Of a DNA stretch of 54,041 bases, positions 10,607 through 19,819 are shown in pieces; the stretch's first letter is position 1, and each line of letters starts with the position of its first letter. Origin of the DNA: an archaeon (GTDB lineage: Archaea > EX4484-52 > WAPT01); the NCBI GenBank assembly GCA_029258795.1, contig JAPDKB010000005.1, forward strand, positions 1 through 54,041. Reading direction: 5' to 3'. A program made the translations under genes and the position numbers. Under the pieces are notes generated by a model. That model did no database searches. It had not been told where the DNA came from and was given only the letters and a program-made list of their open reading frames with translations.

Positions 10607-11567
10607 TGGCTTCCAGCAGCAGAATGAACACCACCACATCCTTTTCATAAACCTTCTTTTTAATCCTTTTCAAAAACCAGATGGCAAAATGAGTAACATC
10701 ATAGATTCCATCATAAGGTAAATCTAGGCTATTGTCCTTTTTCACCTTTGCAAAGGCCTCCGTCTTGAATCTCTTTCTGAGGGGCAGCAGAAAATCAAAA
10801 TAATACGGCAGGAATATGGTGACCGCAAGCTTCTCCATATTACCAAGGATCGCCATACACGCTATGAAAGCTCCAACACCATAAGTTAACGTATCTCCCG
10901 GGAAAACCCTTGCAGGATACCAGTTAAAGATCAGGAAAGCTAAAAGAGATGCGACCATGATCACACCCATCGTCGCAAGCCAGATCAAGCCATCCCTGTA
11001 CGCTACATAACTGAGCGTTGAAAGGATTATGACCCCCATTCCCGCTTCAAGCCCGTTGTAACCGGCGAGCATGTTGAAGGCATTGCTTGCAAGCATTATG
11101 CCGGCAGGTACAATAAGCAAAGGATAAACAATCCCAAAATCCACCGCTCCAATAAAAGGCAGAGCCATCGTGCTCTTGCCGGCGTTAACAGCAGCAAGGA
11201 TGTAACCCGCCAGAAAGGTTATTATCGGCTTGTGAACCTGTCTTAATCCAATCTTCCATCCCAGAATATCATCTATCATGCCCATCACCGCTATTGCCAG
11301 AGTGGTTAGAGTAGCTCCGTAAATAAAAGGAACGAGGCCGGAATTATGATGAACGAAAACTTGAATACCAGCGAGCATAACAACTCCAGCCAGAAACCCC
11401 ACGATTACAGCTATGCCCCCCATCTCCGCAACTTCCGGCTTTTCATACTTGTTCATGTCCTTACCGACAAGACCCACACGTTTTGCAGCCTTTATCCATC
11501 TTGGAACAAGCCATAAGGTTGAGAGAAAACTTAGTAGGGGAGGGAGAAAAACAATCCAACCGTTCAT
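10575..11567 (-). CDS. aglH: UDP-GlcNAc:dolichyl-phosphate GlcNAc-1-P transferase (AglH/Alg7, MraY family)
   Basis: GKDMNK, EMGG, MIDD, NMLAGYNGLE and VFPGD motifs. Confidence 0.85.
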   Translation of the reverse strand: MNGWIVFLPPLLSFLSTLWLVPRWIKAAKRVGLVGKDMNKYEKPEVAEMGGIAVIVGFLAGVVMLAGIQVFVHHNSGLVPFIYGATLTTLAIAVMGMIDDILGWKIGLRQVHKPIITFLAGYILAAVNAGKSTMALPFIGAVDFGIVYPLLIVPAGIMLASNAFNMLAGYNGLEAGMGVIILSTLSYVAYRDGLIWLATMGVIMVASLLAFLIFNWYPARVFPGDTLTYGVGAFIACMAILGNMEKLAVTIFLPYYFDFLLPLRKRFKTEAFAKVKKDNSLDLPYDGIYDVTHFAIWFLKRIKKKVYEKDVVVFILLLEAIICLAALILI

Positions 11568-11579
11568 TCTGTGACCACC

Positions 11580-14126
11580 TCACTCCTCAAAAACGCTATA
11601 GTCCATGGCTTGGCTGACTCTGGCAGTACCATTATACACTATCAACCCCTTCCAATCGTATTTTTCCCACCACTTAACCAGCTGTTCCCTCGGCCTGTCG
11701 GGAATGATTGTGTGATTCACCTTGTAGATTTTCACCTCTCCGTTATCGAACACCTTGGTGAGGTAATCTATACCTTTTCCATCCATGAAGAACAGCTTAT
11801 GGAACACTGAGTTGAACATGTCCTCTGTGGCAAGTAGCAGAATGTTCGGGGTTATGATAACACATGCATCCAGAGCAGGCCTGTTTTCCGGAACATTCAG
11901 CATGTAAATTCTGTCGGAGGTGCACACATACTTTATGTAGCCTTCACCCATCGGACTCATGAACAGGATGCTGCCAGCCAAGCTTCCATTGTCATTCACG
12001 GGCACCCAGATGGAGTAAAGCCCGCTCCTGTAAACATACACGGTTGCATTACCCTTCCTGTAAATCTGGTTTTTATCCAGATAAAAGTAGTTGTAAGACC
12101 TTATCTTATCATAATCCTCCCTTTTAGTTATCATCTGAGCGATTTTTGACATGGCAGCGTACTTACCAACCATCGAGGCATCAACAAGAACATAGTCAGT
12201 GCCCATCATCTCGAGGAAGAACTTCTGCTGCGTCTCGTTCATCATACCAGTGAAGTACTGAGCAGTCGGTATGTTCCTCTCAGCATGAGCGTTGCTCCCA
12301 TCAAGATTTGTGGATCTGTTGCCCATCGTCTGGAACCAGTAGCCAAAATCCCACCATGAAAGCACTGTTGCGTTCGGCTCAGTATTCTCTCTCAAAAACT
12401 TCATCGCTTCATCCCAGTTCTGGTTGAAGCTTGGCGCCAGCGATTTTGCGATAATATTGGCATTGAGTGCGTATGCCACGGTTACCACACCAATTATGAA
12501 AATGAGAAGCCCATACGATATCCATCCCACCATGTTCTGATAGTTTTCACCACTATCCAGCATTTCTGAAAATTTTCTGAGAAGGCCACCAATGAATTCC
12601 AATGACCTGGCACCAAAATATCCAGCCATTAAAGAGAACATTATGCTTACTCCAAACATCCATCTCACTCTAGTAAAATAACCCAACATAGCGACGGCGC
12701 TCATAGCAAGATATATCGCAGCTTTTTCATTATACTTACTTATTAAGAATATAACTCCTATAAACGGAAAAATAAACAAGACCTGTGCGATATAACTTCC
12801 TTGTACCTTGAGAAAAGCACCATAACTGAAGAGAGAAATCAATGAAAGGAACAAAACACAAACTTTTACGTGTTTCTCAGTTATGCTTTCCAAAATTTTT
12901 CCTTTTTTCACAGAGGAAAAAGCCAATAAAATTATTCCTGCAAATGCCAGCAACCAAAAAGGAAACAGCCCAGATATATCTACAACCACATTTTTCAGTA
13001 TACTATCTTTTGCGTAATTATTCAGGTAGTAAAGGGATGTATCCCTGATAAAATCATTCCAGGTCGGGATAACGTTTTCCGCTACCGTTGATTCGACCAG
13101 TCCCTGCTGATAAAAAAGGTAATGCTTTATTCCCATTAAGATGCTGGCGATAGTTGAGGAAAAAAAACCGCCGATCATTAGAATGAGCAGACCAAAAAAG
13201 TAGATGGTCGGCATGAGGTAGTTGAGTGTGTGTTGAGTTACAAGTCTCTTTCTGATAATTATCTCCCTGAAAAACAACAAAACCAAAGCCATAATATTTA
13301 CGGTAATCATAACCGTTGTGAGGGAATAGCGATGCAGGATAAGCGGTATGCACCCTATGAAAACAACAACGAGATACGTCTTTTTGAAAGAATCACTGAC
13401 ATTGTTGACGAACAATAAAGCAAATGCGACAAGAGCATAGCTCAGATAGAGCTGCTGCACACCACCCCACATCGTTGCCATAAGCGCAAGAGATAATCCA
13501 GAGGAAACGGCAGCGAAAATAGAGTTCCTTCTTAATGCTCTAACAAAAAAATAGAAAGAAAGGAGCATGAAGAATCCCGCATTTGGCTCCTTCTCAAAAA
13601 ATCCTGCCGAGGTGCGGAACATTAATCCAGTGGCGGTAGCATAAAAAAACGCACTAATTAAGCCAGCTTTTCTGTTGTATAGTTCCTTCCCCAGCAAATA
13701 GATCAAAATCGGGAACAGAAGCCCTCCCATAATCGCGGGTTCTAACTTCGCGTAGGATAAGTAGGAGATGTTGATCCCGATTTTTGTTAGAATGAGGTAC
13801 AACAAAGCGAGAAAAAATTGCAACCCTATCAAACCTTCGTACGGATTAACACCAGTTGGGTAGTATTCCATAATATCCAAATGAGGCAGGGATATGGGGT
13901 GAGTGATAGCGTACCACACGTGTCTGTAGAATAAGTATGGATCAATGGCCAATAGGTACTTGTATTTGTAAGGCTGAATTCTGTAATAAAAAGAGAGAGC
14001 TATTATCAATGATAGGAGACACCAACATGCAAGATTGGTTTTATTTTCCTTTAGAAAGTTTTTAATCCGAATATTAAACATATTAAACTTTTGTTTTTTC
14101 TTCGTCCCTCGTTTTCTTTTCTTCAT
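11580..14126 (-). CDS. aglB: Oligosaccharyltransferase AglB/STT3
   Basis: DPY, FEKE, TVAE, SWWDFGYW and a DK-type motif; multi-TM N-terminal part. Confidence 0.95.
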   Translation of the reverse strand: MKKRKRGTKKKQKFNMFNIRIKNFLKENKTNLACWCLLSLIIALSFYYRIQPYKYKYLLAIDPYLFYRHVWYAITHPISLPHLDIMEYYPTGVNPYEGLIGLQFFLALLYLILTKIGINISYLSYAKLEPAIMGGLLFPILIYLLGKELYNRKAGLISAFFYATATGLMFRTSAGFFEKEPNAGFFMLLSFYFFVRALRRNSIFAAVSSGLSLALMATMWGGVQQLYLSYALVAFALLFVNNVSDSFKKTYLVVVFIGCIPLILHRYSLTTVMITVNIMALVLLFFREIIIRKRLVTQHTLNYLMPTIYFFGLLILMIGGFFSSTIASILMGIKHYLFYQQGLVESTVAENVIPTWNDFIRDTSLYYLNNYAKDSILKNVVVDISGLFPFWLLAFAGIILLAFSSVKKGKILESITEKHVKVCVLFLSLISLFSYGAFLKVQGSYIAQVLFIFPFIGVIFLISKYNEKAAIYLAMSAVAMLGYFTRVRWMFGVSIMFSLMAGYFGARSLEFIGGLLRKFSEMLDSGENYQNMVGWISYGLLIFIIGVVTVAYALNANIIAKSLAPSFNQNWDEAMKFLRENTEPNATVLSWWDFGYWFQTMGNRSTNLDGSNAHAERNIPTAQYFTGMMNETQQKFFLEMMGTDYVLVDASMVGKYAAMSKIAQMITKREDYDKIRSYNYFYLDKNQIYRKGNATVYVYRSGLYSIWVPVNDNGSLAGSILFMSPMGEGYIKYVCTSDRIYMLNVPENRPALDACVIITPNILLLATEDMFNSVFHKLFFMDGKGIDYLTKVFDNGEVKIYKVNHTIIPDRPREQLVKWWEKYDWKGLIVYNGTARVSQAMDYSVFEE

Positions 14127-14153
14127 GGTTGTGTTATACACATAATAATTTTT

Positions 14154-15788
14154 TTAAGGATTTTTGTGTTCACATTCAAAGGCAAAACCTGCAGGAACCA
14201 CCACAGCCCAATTCCCTATTTCACATACACTACCACCTATTTTAGAAAGATGATCAACATTCACATTCCTCAATAATATTTTTGGTGTATTTTTATTTAG
14301 CACCACTATGATATTATCTGGCAGATTGACAAGCGTTTCGTTCTGTAACTTTTCAGATAACATTATCATTTCTTTGTACATTTTTTCAGACATTTCTGGT
14401 GGAGATGTATAATATACGTGCGATTTCTGATGAAGCAAAGAAAACCCAAGAACAGGATCATAAATAACAAGCATTCTGAGATCGAGAGGTTCGGAAAGCG
14501 CTCTGAAGTGGGGATATTCTTTCTGAATCTCAGCAACGAGGTGAGCGACAGTTTGAGTATCTGAAGAGAGTGCTTGATCGTATAGGCCATATAAATTTTT
14601 TCCAAGGTTTAATTCGAGACCGAGAGAAGGCAAATCCCACACAGCCACAAAAAGAAACTCGACAAAACCGGCGATTAACACCACATAATAAATTCTTTTT
14701 CTATTCTTGCTCAGGGATTGCGATAGATAAGGTAAAAGGAGCAAGCCGGCTACGAAGGACAGCCTCCTGAGATAAGATGAAGGTATGACGGGAGAGAGGA
14801 ATAGAAGTGCAAAAATTAAAGCCACTCCCGATCTTCCCGCGAATTTGAACTGTTTTATTTTATTCCTTTTGACCATCAAGGACCAGAATGCAAGAAGAAT
14901 CAGGGAGGAGAAGATAAAAGAACACAGGAAAGAATTGAAAATCAGAACCACACCAATCATTTGATGGGTGGAGATCAAATGTAACTTGCTTAAAAACTGC
15001 ACATCTCCTCTAAGAAATACTGAGGTAAGCCATCTAACGACAGCATCTCTGGGATTAAAACGGATTTCACCTCCCATCCTTGCAAGAGGTGCGTGAAAAT
15101 ATTCGTGAATCATGTCCCTTACGAGCATCATCTGAACAAAAAATAAAGAAGAAAAAACTGCCAAGAAAGCAAGCAGTCCACCCAGCCATAACCTTCTCAT
15201 TTCTTCCCTGAGAAAATAATAAACTAAAATCCAGATGAGAACATTGGGCCACCATATAGCCGAGCTTACTCCGGAAAAGATAGAAGATAGGTATATGTAC
15301 TTTCTCCTTTTCATCTGGGATCTGCACTTCACGCCTCTTACCACCATAAGAAGAGCAAGAAGAACAAAATTCAAAGAAAAATTGAACGGGTTAAGCAGCA
15401 AGATGTATTTCCCTGTTGGGGCGTAGTATAAAAAAGGCAAAATAAAAAAAAGCAAAGGAAAAATGTTTTTATTCACTTCTCGAAACAGAAGTGCGGAAAT
15501 GATCAAAAATGAGGCATACTGTGCAATCCAAAGAATTTTGATTGTAAAGATGGACGGATGCAGTTTGTAAACCACACCGTAAATAATATGAAAATAAGCG
15601 GGATATACCGAATTTACGCCGAGTACCGGATCCAGAAACGGCGATCCTCGGGATGCACATATGATCTTCGAGATGTGAAACGCCACGTCCGGCGAGATGA
15701 GATCATAAATTCTTTGAAAATACAATAAAGCAATGTTGATACCTATAAGAAACGCTACAATTGACCAGTCACTTGAAGATTTTCTCAT
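14154..15788 (-). CDS. Polytopic membrane protein, putative GT-C fold glycosyltransferase
   Basis: First loop PDVAFH...DP..YPAYFH after TM1, many TM segments, soluble C-terminal domain; sits between the UbiA gene and aglB. Confidence 0.5.
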   Translation of the reverse strand: MRKSSSDWSIVAFLIGINIALLYFQRIYDLISPDVAFHISKIICASRGSPFLDPVLGVNSVYPAYFHIIYGVVYKLHPSIFTIKILWIAQYASFLIISALLFREVNKNIFPLLFFILPFLYYAPTGKYILLLNPFNFSLNFVLLALLMVVRGVKCRSQMKRRKYIYLSSIFSGVSSAIWWPNVLIWILVYYFLREEMRRLWLGGLLAFLAVFSSLFFVQMMLVRDMIHEYFHAPLARMGGEIRFNPRDAVVRWLTSVFLRGDVQFLSKLHLISTHQMIGVVLIFNSFLCSFIFSSLILLAFWSLMVKRNKIKQFKFAGRSGVALIFALLFLSPVIPSSYLRRLSFVAGLLLLPYLSQSLSKNRKRIYYVVLIAGFVEFLFVAVWDLPSLGLELNLGKNLYGLYDQALSSDTQTVAHLVAEIQKEYPHFRALSEPLDLRMLVIYDPVLGFSLLHQKSHVYYTSPPEMSEKMYKEMIMLSEKLQNETLVNLPDNIIVVLNKNTPKILLRNVNVDHLSKIGGSVCEIGNWAVVVPAGFAFECEHKNP

Positions 15789-15815
15789 AAAAATATTTAG
15801 ACCAACACCACGTTT

Positions 15816-16649
15816 TTAATAGTTAATGTAAATCCCAACAAAACACACAGCAATCCACACCATCAGTCCAGCAACCCACGCCTTATCCAGAAACACGAGC
15901 TCGGTGTTTCTTGCCACCCTTGCATCAAGCTCAGCGAGGTAGAAATAGCGCAACACCAAAAATGTTGCCGGAAGCAGGCTGAGCATGAGGAAAGTGTTGG
16001 CGTGCTCGCTCTGGAAGGAGTAGAGAGCATAGCTAACAATTATGGCTGAGGCGAGCATCAAGCGCATCCTCTCAAACATCTCAGCTTTTCTCTCATCCTT
16101 TTTGATCAGCGCATCTCCCATCCTCTTGTTGCAGGCAAGGAAAAGAGCTATGAAGAACACCATCACCACAAGCCACGGAGAAATTTTAACATCCACAGCA
16201 TACGCTCCAGCCACAGCCCTTACTATGAAGTTGAAGGCTATGCTGTGGATGTCAGCGATAGCCACCCTTTTTAAAAAGAGGGAATAGATGGTTGTGTTCA
16301 GCAGGAGCAGGAAGGGAAAAAGGAGGAAAGATGTGCTTATCTTCCAGCAGGCAAGTAAAGATAAAAGGAGCAGCAGGAGGGCAATGATCAAGGCCTGCTT
16401 AACACTCACAGCACCGCTCGCTATTGGTCTGTGCCTTTTTTCTTTGTGCTTCCTGTCCTCCTCCCTGTCCTTTATATCGTTGATGATGTAGTTGAAGGAG
16501 GAGATGAAAGCAAGAGAAAAAAAGGCAAGGATGCTTTTAACCACGCTGCCAGCATCAAAAAGCATGCCGCCAAAGAACAGCCCTATGAACACAATAAGAT
16601 TTTTGTACCACTGATGCATCCGCAGGAGTTTGATGTAGGTTTTGAGCAT
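15816..16649 (-). CDS. UbiA family, polyprenyl-phosphate phosphoribosyltransferase (DPPR synthase-like)
   Basis: LRMHQWYKNLIVF, YIINDIKDREEDRKH..KRHRPIASG and LFLACNKR are typical of this subfamily. Confidence 0.82.
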   Translation of the reverse strand: MLKTYIKLLRMHQWYKNLIVFIGLFFGGMLFDAGSVVKSILAFFSLAFISSFNYIINDIKDREEDRKHKEKRHRPIASGAVSVKQALIIALLLLLLSLLACWKISTSFLLFPFLLLLNTTIYSLFLKRVAIADIHSIAFNFIVRAVAGAYAVDVKISPWLVVMVFFIALFLACNKRMGDALIKKDERKAEMFERMRLMLASAIIVSYALYSFQSEHANTFLMLSLLPATFLVLRYFYLAELDARVARNTELVFLDKAWVAGLMVWIAVCFVGIYINY

Positions 16650-16702
16650 ATTTACCGTAGTGAGCTCCTGATTTTTAAATTTTTATGTTCTAAAATTGAA
16701 AC

Positions 16703-17224
16703 ATGTGTTTCATAATCAGAACATTGTTCTATCATGAGCCCCTCACCTTAAGGGAGCTGAGCAAGCTTGCAAACTGCAGTCTATCGAAGACGAGCAGAAA
16801 AATCGAAACATTAAAAAGAGATAAGCTTGTGAGCGTTTCTGTTAAGGGCAGAGCATATTTGCTTAGTGTGAACATCCAGAACCCTCTCCTGAAGTACGTT
16901 CTTCTGAAAGAGGAAGCAGGATATACTGCCTTAACGTTCGAGAAGTACCCTTGGCTTATGGAAGTGCTGAAAAAATGTGATGGAGATATTATCCTTGTGT
17001 TCGGATCTTACGCCAAACACGAAGCGGATGAAACGAGCGATATAGACACGCTTACAGTAAACGGAAAGGGCGGCGATTTCAATCTGAGCTACGAGGAGTT
17101 CAGGAAGCTGATTGCAGAGGAGAATAACACGATGATGAGCATACTCAAACATCACGTTATCGTTAAAGGTTTCGAGATGTTTATCGATGAGGTGATGGAA
17201 TGGAAGAGGAGGAGATGCCGATAG
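16703..17224 (+). CDS. wHTH + MNT nucleotidyltransferase (no intact HEPN partner)
   Basis: HTH followed by FGSYAK..SDID. Confidence 0.78.
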   Translation: MCFIIRTLFYHEPLTLRELSKLANCSLSKTSRKIETLKRDKLVSVSVKGRAYLLSVNIQNPLLKYVLLKEEAGYTALTFEKYPWLMEVLKKCDGDIILVFGSYAKHEADETSDIDTLTVNGKGGDFNLSYEEFRKLIAEENNTMMSILKHHVIVKGFEMFIDEVMEWKRRRCR

Positions 17225-17293
17225 AACCATGTTTAAACTAAACTCTAGATAATAGGGCTTGTTCAGAATGTAACAAAAAGTTCGAATGAATGG

Positions 17294-18373
17294 TCATGTT
17301 CCAAGAAAATCCATATCCGCCATCCTCAGAAAAGATACTTTATTCTCCCCCACAATTCTGAACAGCTCTTCCAGCTCACCCTCATCAAGAGCATCCATGA
17401 GTTTTCTTATGGCCATTCCGACCTCGATCTTTCTCCCTATCTCGTCTTTCCAGACATTTTCATAGTGTTCCGTGAAAAACTCTTTGCTGAAATTGTTCAT
17501 CTCCAGAGCTTTGGTTATCGCATCGCTACCAATCCTTGCGCAAATCAATGAATAAACCGCGCCTCCCCCCGAAAACGGCTTGACCTGCGAGGCAGCATCA
17601 CCCAAAAGCAAAATGTTATCATCGCAGCTCCTGTCTATCAACCCAAGGGGGATGAACCCCACCTTAACATCCCTCCTACCGACCTCATGCCCGAATCTCT
17701 TGCAGAATTTCACGAGATTTTCAACAGCATTTCCACTATCTGTCCCCAGCCCGTACTCAACCGTTCCATCCCCTCTTGGAATTCTCCATGCAAAGAATCC
17801 GGGAGCAAGTTTCCTGTCGTAATGAAGCTCCACCACATCCTCCTCCACCCTTTCCTCCTCAACATAAGCAAGCGCTCCAGTTATAACTTTCAAATTCTTA
17901 CCCGCACCAATGAGTTTCCTTGTGGTGCTCAAAGCGCCGTCAGCCCCAACAACAACTCTGGCTTTCACCTTTCTAATATCTCCACCCTTCTTAAGCGTGC
18001 AGATGGCATAGCTATCCTTCTTTTCAACACCAACAATCTTCCACCCGAACTCCACATCACAATGTTTGGAAGCTTTCTCAAGAAGATGAAAATCGAGCAC
18101 ACTCCTATCCATAACATAAGCTTGCGTTTTTTCCCTTTTCAACTCAACAAAATCCTTACCCGCAAAAAATCTCGCACCTCTAACCTCATTCAGCACAGCT
18201 TTGCTTGGGTAGCGCAGCAGGGAATCTATCCTTACGCTTATCAATCCAGAACAAACCTTCGGAATGAAATGAGGCTTGGCATCAACAACGAGAACATCAT
18301 AGCCAGCTTTTCCAACCCACGAGGCAAGAGCACACCCGGCAATTCCCGCTCCCACAACCACAACATCCCTCAT
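17294..18373 (-). CDS. Geranylgeranyl reductase family flavoprotein
   Basis: GAGIAG, CSG, GADG, PGFFAWRIP and GDAASQVKPFSGGG motifs. Confidence 0.88.
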   Translation of the reverse strand: MRDVVVVGAGIAGCALASWVGKAGYDVLVVDAKPHFIPKVCSGLISVRIDSLLRYPSKAVLNEVRGARFFAGKDFVELKREKTQAYVMDRSVLDFHLLEKASKHCDVEFGWKIVGVEKKDSYAICTLKKGGDIRKVKARVVVGADGALSTTRKLIGAGKNLKVITGALAYVEEERVEEDVVELHYDRKLAPGFFAWRIPRGDGTVEYGLGTDSGNAVENLVKFCKRFGHEVGRRDVKVGFIPLGLIDRSCDDNILLLGDAASQVKPFSGGGAVYSLICARIGSDAITKALEMNNFSKEFFTEHYENVWKDEIGRKIEVGMAIRKLMDALDEGELEELFRIVGENKVSFLRMADMDFLGT

Positions 18374-18426
18374 ACTCCAAATATTCAGCACTAAAATTTA
18401 ATAACAGAAAAAACCATAAACCAATT

Positions 18427-18936
18427 ATGTCATACGAGTTTTTTGTTGCAGGAATGCTGTGTTTTTTGATAGCTGGCGTTGTAGAGCTGAAAAGCAGAAA
18501 GAAACCCAGAAAAATAAAGCATGGAAAAGCGGCTTACGTTGAGATACCCCACACCAGAGAAGAGAGGAAAGCTAGCAACACCAAAGAAGTGGATGAGATG
18601 GTTGAGGAGAAAGGCTCAAAATTTGATCACCTTTTCAAGTTTTCATTCAAAGGCAAAAGTGATGAAAAGGTGAAGGAGCAGCTGTTAAAGGAAGCGGAAG
18701 CTCTGCCTGACATTCCAAAGGTTGGAGAAGATGACGACTTATCTTCATACTTCAGAATAGAGGAAGAGAGAAGCGAGAGAAATGTTGTTTCTGCTCAGCC
18801 AGCAAGAAAGGGGGTAAAGCCGGAGGACTGGCTTTTCGTGGATCCGAAAAAGTTAGAAGAAAAAGAAGCCGAGAGAAGGGAAGAGAAAAAGGATAACGAG
18901 TGGAGCCCGCCTATTTTCTTCGGAGATGATAACTAG
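18427..18936 (+). CDS. Hypothetical protein with N-terminal membrane anchor and charged tail
   Basis: Hydrophobic N-terminus; E/K-rich composition like that of real neighbouring genes. Confidence 0.65.
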   Translation: MSYEFFVAGMLCFLIAGVVELKSRKKPRKIKHGKAAYVEIPHTREERKASNTKEVDEMVEEKGSKFDHLFKFSFKGKSDEKVKEQLLKEAEALPDIPKVGEDDDLSSYFRIEEERSERNVVSAQPARKGVKPEDWLFVDPKKLEEKEAERREEKKDNEWSPPIFFGDDN

Positions 18937-19819
18937 CTTTTTTCTCTCCCCTCAGCATCGCCTCGAGCACAGGAATCTCAGCCTTAATCTCCACCAGCCT
19001 CTTCCTGTACTTCTCCATCCTTATCTTGTACATTTTATCAGATATTTTTCCCTCCCTGAACCTCTCCACCTGCGTTTTTTTCATGAGCTCTTCTATAACT
19101 TCCTTTTCCAGCTTCAACTTCTCTAGCTCAGCTTTCAGCTTCATTTTTCTATACTTCTTCCACACAACCATCGAGCATGCAATTCCGACAACCGCAACCA
19201 CTGTCAAAGACTTCCAGTGTTTTTCAACAAAACCCCTCCCGCTGCTCAACGCTATGCTGGTGACCATGAGCTGAGCTCTCGCCTCTTCCAGCTCATCATC
19301 TGCTTTTTGAATTAGAGATTCAGCGTCCTCATACCTCTCCTCCTCAAAAGCCACCTTGCTCTGATTGATGAGATCCATGGCCTCGCTCACATTAACACCG
19401 AGAGCACTGTATTCCTTTGCCTTTATCTCAGTTGCCATTATCTTGTCGTTCAGCTGGAATGCCCATTCCTTCCTCTTCATTATCTCTTCCGTGTATTTGA
19501 GCACTTCATCATAAGTAAATCCCTTCCAGTTCAGCCCTTCTAGAGCTTGCCTTGCCTTTTCAGCCAGCTCACCTTCTGCCTGCGTCCTCAATATCTCAGC
19601 AAACTCCGCACGCTGAAACGCTTTTTTCGCTTCCATGAGCGTGTCATTCACATACTCAACAGAAAAACCAGCTTCCACCATTTCCTGTATGGCTTGTTCC
19701 GCCTGCTGTATCGCTTTGAGCGCATCCTCCCTTGTGACGTTTTGGGTTTGCTCAGCCATAACAATGTGTAGGAGCATGATGATGGTGATTACAACAGCAA
19801 ACGAACTACTTCTTCTCAT
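18911..19819 (-). CDS. Signal peptide + helical ectodomain + TM + cytoplasmic helical domain; paralog of the C-terminus of the giant surface protein
   Basis: GGTGG SD before ATG 19819; signal peptide; KHW-TM; ..QVERFREGKISDKMY...RLVEI. Confidence 0.8.
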   Translation of the reverse strand: MRRSSSFAVVITIIMLLHIVMAEQTQNVTREDALKAIQQAEQAIQEMVEAGFSVEYVNDTLMEAKKAFQRAEFAEILRTQAEGELAEKARQALEGLNWKGFTYDEVLKYTEEIMKRKEWAFQLNDKIMATEIKAKEYSALGVNVSEAMDLINQSKVAFEEERYEDAESLIQKADDELEEARAQLMVTSIALSSGRGFVEKHWKSLTVVAVVGIACSMVVWKKYRKMKLKAELEKLKLEKEVIEELMKKTQVERFREGKISDKMYKIRMEKYRKRLVEIKAEIPVLEAMLRGEKKASYHLRRK

